From positions 1 to 28,468 of the forward strand of contig CAZFHQ010000002.1 of assembly GCA_964519325.1 (NCBI GenBank): a stretch of 28,468 bases of DNA, given 5' to 3'. The stretch is from an uncultured Clostridium sp. (GTDB taxonomy: Bacteria > Bacillota > Clostridia > Oscillospirales > Acutalibacteraceae). The position numbers and the translations under genes were made by a program. The stretch's first letter is position 1; each line of letters starts with the position of its first letter. Shown here one piece after another: positions 25,882 through 28,468 of the stretch. Under the pieces are notes generated by a model. The model saw only the letters and a program-made list of their open reading frames with translations. It was not told where the DNA came from and did no database searches.

Positions 25882-26004
25882 ATGCAATCTCCATTTTTTC
25901 AGTTCCAGCCGGCTCCGCCGCGCCGGATCGTTGACGATCTGCTTTCCATTATATGCCTCTGAAAAACAATAGTCAACCGTCTCGGCGCATTGTTCATCAA
26001 ACTG

Positions 26005-26033
26005 TAATTTTATGGAACACAGCCGCATAGAAT
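26005..26033 (+). promoter_or_regulatory. Candidate sigma-E (mother-cell) promoter
   Basis: TAATTTT-N14-CATAGAAT vs B. subtilis sigma-E consensus (approximately tcATAtt-N14-CATAcaaT). Confidence 0.4.
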
Positions 26034-26067
26034 ACTAGAGCGATATTGGGAAAAGGGGGCTTTGCAA

Positions 26068-26211
26068 ATGTATATTTCCCGGCGATGCTGCCCCGAACTG
26101 CTTCATCTGGACGATGCGCTGTATTGGTGCCTGTTCAGCTTTCTGGACTTCGGCGAAGATTTGGACGATATGATCTTTTATGGAGAAAGCTATTTTGTCA
26201 GCGAGCGGTAA
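26068..26211 (+). CDS. 47-aa small protein MYISRRCCPELLHLDDALYWCLFSFLDFGEDLDDMIFYGESYFVSER (below ORF-track cutoff)
   Basis: AAAGGGGG RBS before ATG 26068, own promoter candidate upstream and terminator downstream. Confidence 0.55.
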   Translation: MYISRRCCPELLHLDDALYWCLFSFLDFGEDLDDMIFYGESYFVSER

Positions 26212-26247
26212 CCCCTGCTGGCAGGCGGCAGAAGCGTAAAGAGCAAC

Positions 26248-26293
26248 AAAAAACACCCGGCGGGCGGGCAGCCTTGCCGAGTGTTTCTTTTTT
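26248..26293. terminator. Bidirectional terminator between the small ORF and purL
   Basis: AAAAAACAC-CCGGCGGGC...GCCTTGCCGA-GTGTTTCTTTTTT. Confidence 0.65.
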
Positions 26294-26351
26294 ACAATGT
26301 TATTTATAGCGCTATGAATTTCATATTGCTATGGATTTCAAATCGCTAAGA

Positions 26352-28468
26352 TTATTGAAAGTACCTGACGCCGGACTCAAAAATCTTCTGGTCCTTGTCG
26401 CCTGGGACATTCTTGTATAGATCGCGTCCCTTCCGCTCCGAGTGGGCCATCTTGCCAAAGACGCGGCCGTCCGGGCTGGTGATGCCCTCGATGGCGCAGA
26501 CAGAACCGTTGGGGTTCCACTCGATCTCGCTGCTCACCTTGCCGCACGGCGTGGTGTACTGGGTCGCCACCTGGCCGTTGGCGATCAGCCGCTCCAGCAT
26601 CGCTTCATCGGCCACAAAGCGGCCCTCACCGTGGGACACCGGCACACAGTGGACGTCGCCGGCCGCCACACCGGAGAGCCATGGGGACTTGACAGAGGTC
26701 ACCCTGGTGTAAACCATTCTGGAAACGTGGCGGGCGATCTTGTTGAAGGTCAACGTCGGGGAAGTCTCGGCCAGCTCGGTGATCTTGCCGTATGGCACCA
26801 GGCCCAGCTTGATGAGCGCCTGGAAGCCGTTGCAGATGCCCAGCATCAGGCCGTCCCGCTGCTCCAGCAGCTTGGTGATCTCCTCCGCGATCTTCGGGTT
26901 GCGGAAGGTGGTCGCGATGAATTTGCCGGAGCCGTCCGGCTCGTCGCCGCCGGAGAAGCCGCCGGGGAACATGACGATCTGCGCCTTGGAAACCGCACGG
27001 GCAATGTGCTCGATCGTTTCCTCTATGTCAGCAGAGGTCAGGTTTTTGACCACCAGGATCTCCGGCTGCGCGCCTGCTTGTTCAAATGCGCGGGCAGTGT
27101 CAACCTCACAGTTGGTGCCTGGAAATACCGGAATAAACACCCGCGGCTTGGCCGCCTTGATCGCCGGCGCCTTACCGCTCCGCTCGGCGTACAGCGGGAT
27201 CTCACGGCTGATCGGCGTTTCCTCTGCCTTCGATGGGAAGATTGGCTCTAAGGTGTTCATCCAACCGGCGCAAAGTGTCTCAAGAGACAGCGCAACATCG
27301 TCAATGGCGATGGCTTTTGCCTCGCTCGTCACACCGAGGATGACCGGCTCCAGCGCGGCGCCGACGGCCGCGTCATCGCGCAGCTCCACCACAAGCGCGC
27401 CGCTCTTTGGCGTGAACAGCAGCTCAGGGCAGCGGACGCCCGCGTCAAAGGCAAACCCGATGCCGTTGCCGAAGCACATCTTTGCCACGGCTGCCGCCAC
27501 GCCGCCTTCCTTGACGACAGAAGCGGACAGGATGCTGCCGTTTTCCATCATCTGGTGAACGGCGGCGTAGTACGCCTTCAGCTTCTCCCAATTCGGCAGG
27601 AGGGTGTCCGCCTCCTCCGGCAGGGGGAGATATGCCACCTTGGAACCGGCTTTGGTAAAGGCGGCGGAGATGGTCTTGCTCGCTTTGGTCATGCCCACGG
27701 CAAAGCTGACCAGCGTTGGCGGAACGTCGAGGCTCTCAAAGGAGCCGGACATACTGTCCTTGCCGCCGATGGCCGGCAAGCCAAGGCCCAGCTGGGCAGT
27801 GAGCGCGCCCAGCAGCGCCGCGGTCGGCTTGCCCCAGCGCTTTGCCTCGTCACGAAGACGCTCGAAATACTCCTGGAAGGTCAGCCTTGCCTTCAGCGGA
27901 TCCGCGCCGACAGCCGCCAGCTTGGAAACGCTCTCCACAACGGCATAGGCGGCGCTGTGGAAGGGGCTGAACCGCGCGATGCCCGGAATGTACCCGTAAC
28001 CCATCACGGTGGCGTCGTCTGTCTCGCCCTGCTCCAGCGGGATTTTTGCTACCATGGCTTCTTCCGGCGTCAGCTGATATTTGCCGGCAAAGGGCATCAG
28101 CACAGTACCCGCGCCGATGGACGCGTCAAACCGCTCCACCAGGCCCTTCTGGGAAGCGACCTCCAGACGGGCCAGGTTGTCCTGGAACGCTGCCCCGATG
28201 GACTTGCCCTGCAAACACTCCGGAATCTGATTGCGGTAGTTGTCCTCTGGGTTCGGCGCTGTGATATAGGCGCTTGCCTTCTGGGTCACGCCGTTTGTAT
28301 TGAGGAACGCACGGCTCAGATCCACGATCTGGTCGCCGCGCCATGTCATTTTCAGCCTTGGGTCAGCGGTCACAGTGGCAACGACCTGCGCGTTCAGGTT
28401 CTCCTTCTTCGCCTCCGCAATGAAGGTGTCCACATCCTTCGGGTCGAGGACGACGGCCATCCGCTCCT
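26352..28468 (-). CDS. purL: Phosphoribosylformylglycinamidine synthase, fused large type (5' end outside window)
   Basis: ERMAVV, IGGKDSMSG, FPGTNCE, PGGFSGGDEPDGSGK, GICNGFQAL, VSHGEGRF, KMAHSER. Confidence 0.95.
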   Translation of the reverse strand, partial: ERMAVVLDPKDVDTFIAEAKKENLNAQVVATVTADPRLKMTWRGDQIVDLSRAFLNTNGVTQKASAYITAPNPEDNYRNQIPECLQGKSIGAAFQDNLARLEVASQKGLVERFDASIGAGTVLMPFAGKYQLTPEEAMVAKIPLEQGETDDATVMGYGYIPGIARFSPFHSAAYAVVESVSKLAAVGADPLKARLTFQEYFERLRDEAKRWGKPTAALLGALTAQLGLGLPAIGGKDSMSGSFESLDVPPTLVSFAVGMTKASKTISAAFTKAGSKVAYLPLPEEADTLLPNWEKLKAYYAAVHQMMENGSILSASVVKEGGVAAAVAKMCFGNGIGFAFDAGVRCPELLFTPKSGALVVELRDDAAVGAALEPVILGVTSEAKAIAIDDVALSLETLCAGWMNTLEPIFPSKAEETPISREIPLYAERSGKAPAIKAAKPRVFIPVFPGTNCEVDTARAFEQAGAQPEILVVKNLTSADIEETIEHIARAVSKAQIVMFPGGFSGGDEPDGSGKFIATTFRNPKIAEEITKLLEQRDGLMLGICNGFQALIKLGLVPYGKITELAETSPTLTFNKIARHVSRMVYTRVTSVKSPWLSGVAAGDVHCVPVSHGEGRFVADEAMLERLIANGQVATQYTTPCGKVSSEIEWNPNGSVCAIEGITSPDGRVFGKMAHSERKGRDLYKNVPGDKDQKIFESGVRYFQ

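Noticed and set aside
1-28468. CRISPR arrays, tRNA/rRNA, T-box, transposase, integrase or reverse-transcriptase genes
   Set aside because: No repeat-spacer periodicity, T-loop or T-box motifs, or enzyme signatures were seen. The peptidase repeats are therefore not evidence of a diversity-generating retroelement within this window.

Overview
GC-rich, core-genome-like region of a spore-forming Clostridia bacterium; the gene set suggests Oscillospiraceae/Ruminococcaceae, which is inferred. In order, it holds: icd (3' part), rex, two tandem C39-like cysteine-peptidase lipoproteins, a small convergent operon (C_GCAxxG_C_C protein plus a hypothetical), pyrG, a lipoprotein cyclophilin, an S1-domain protein, a probably frameshifted lipoprotein, two flavoproteins (COG2509-like and HI0933/BaiN-like), a MarR regulator with a heterodimeric ABC exporter, a PepSY lipoprotein, two short-chain chromate transporters, spoIIE, a PLP aminotransferase with trpS, a DUF2798-like membrane protein, alr and purL (3' part). 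I found no tRNA, rRNA, CRISPR array, integrase or transposase. The most unusual signal is the peptidase pair. Their DNA alternates between near-identical blocks and synonymously divergent blocks that sit beside the predicted catalytic residues, which suggests gene conversion with protected specificity segments. The pair is preceded by an unannotated 36-aa ORF, and a Rex-like operator lies between the two genes. Other leads are a pyrG attenuator lacking the canonical GGGC start, an unannotated 47-aa ORF behind a sigma-E-like promoter, a structured spoIIE leader and a hairpin-dense element after trpS. All family assignments are from motif recognition by eye; no searches were run.
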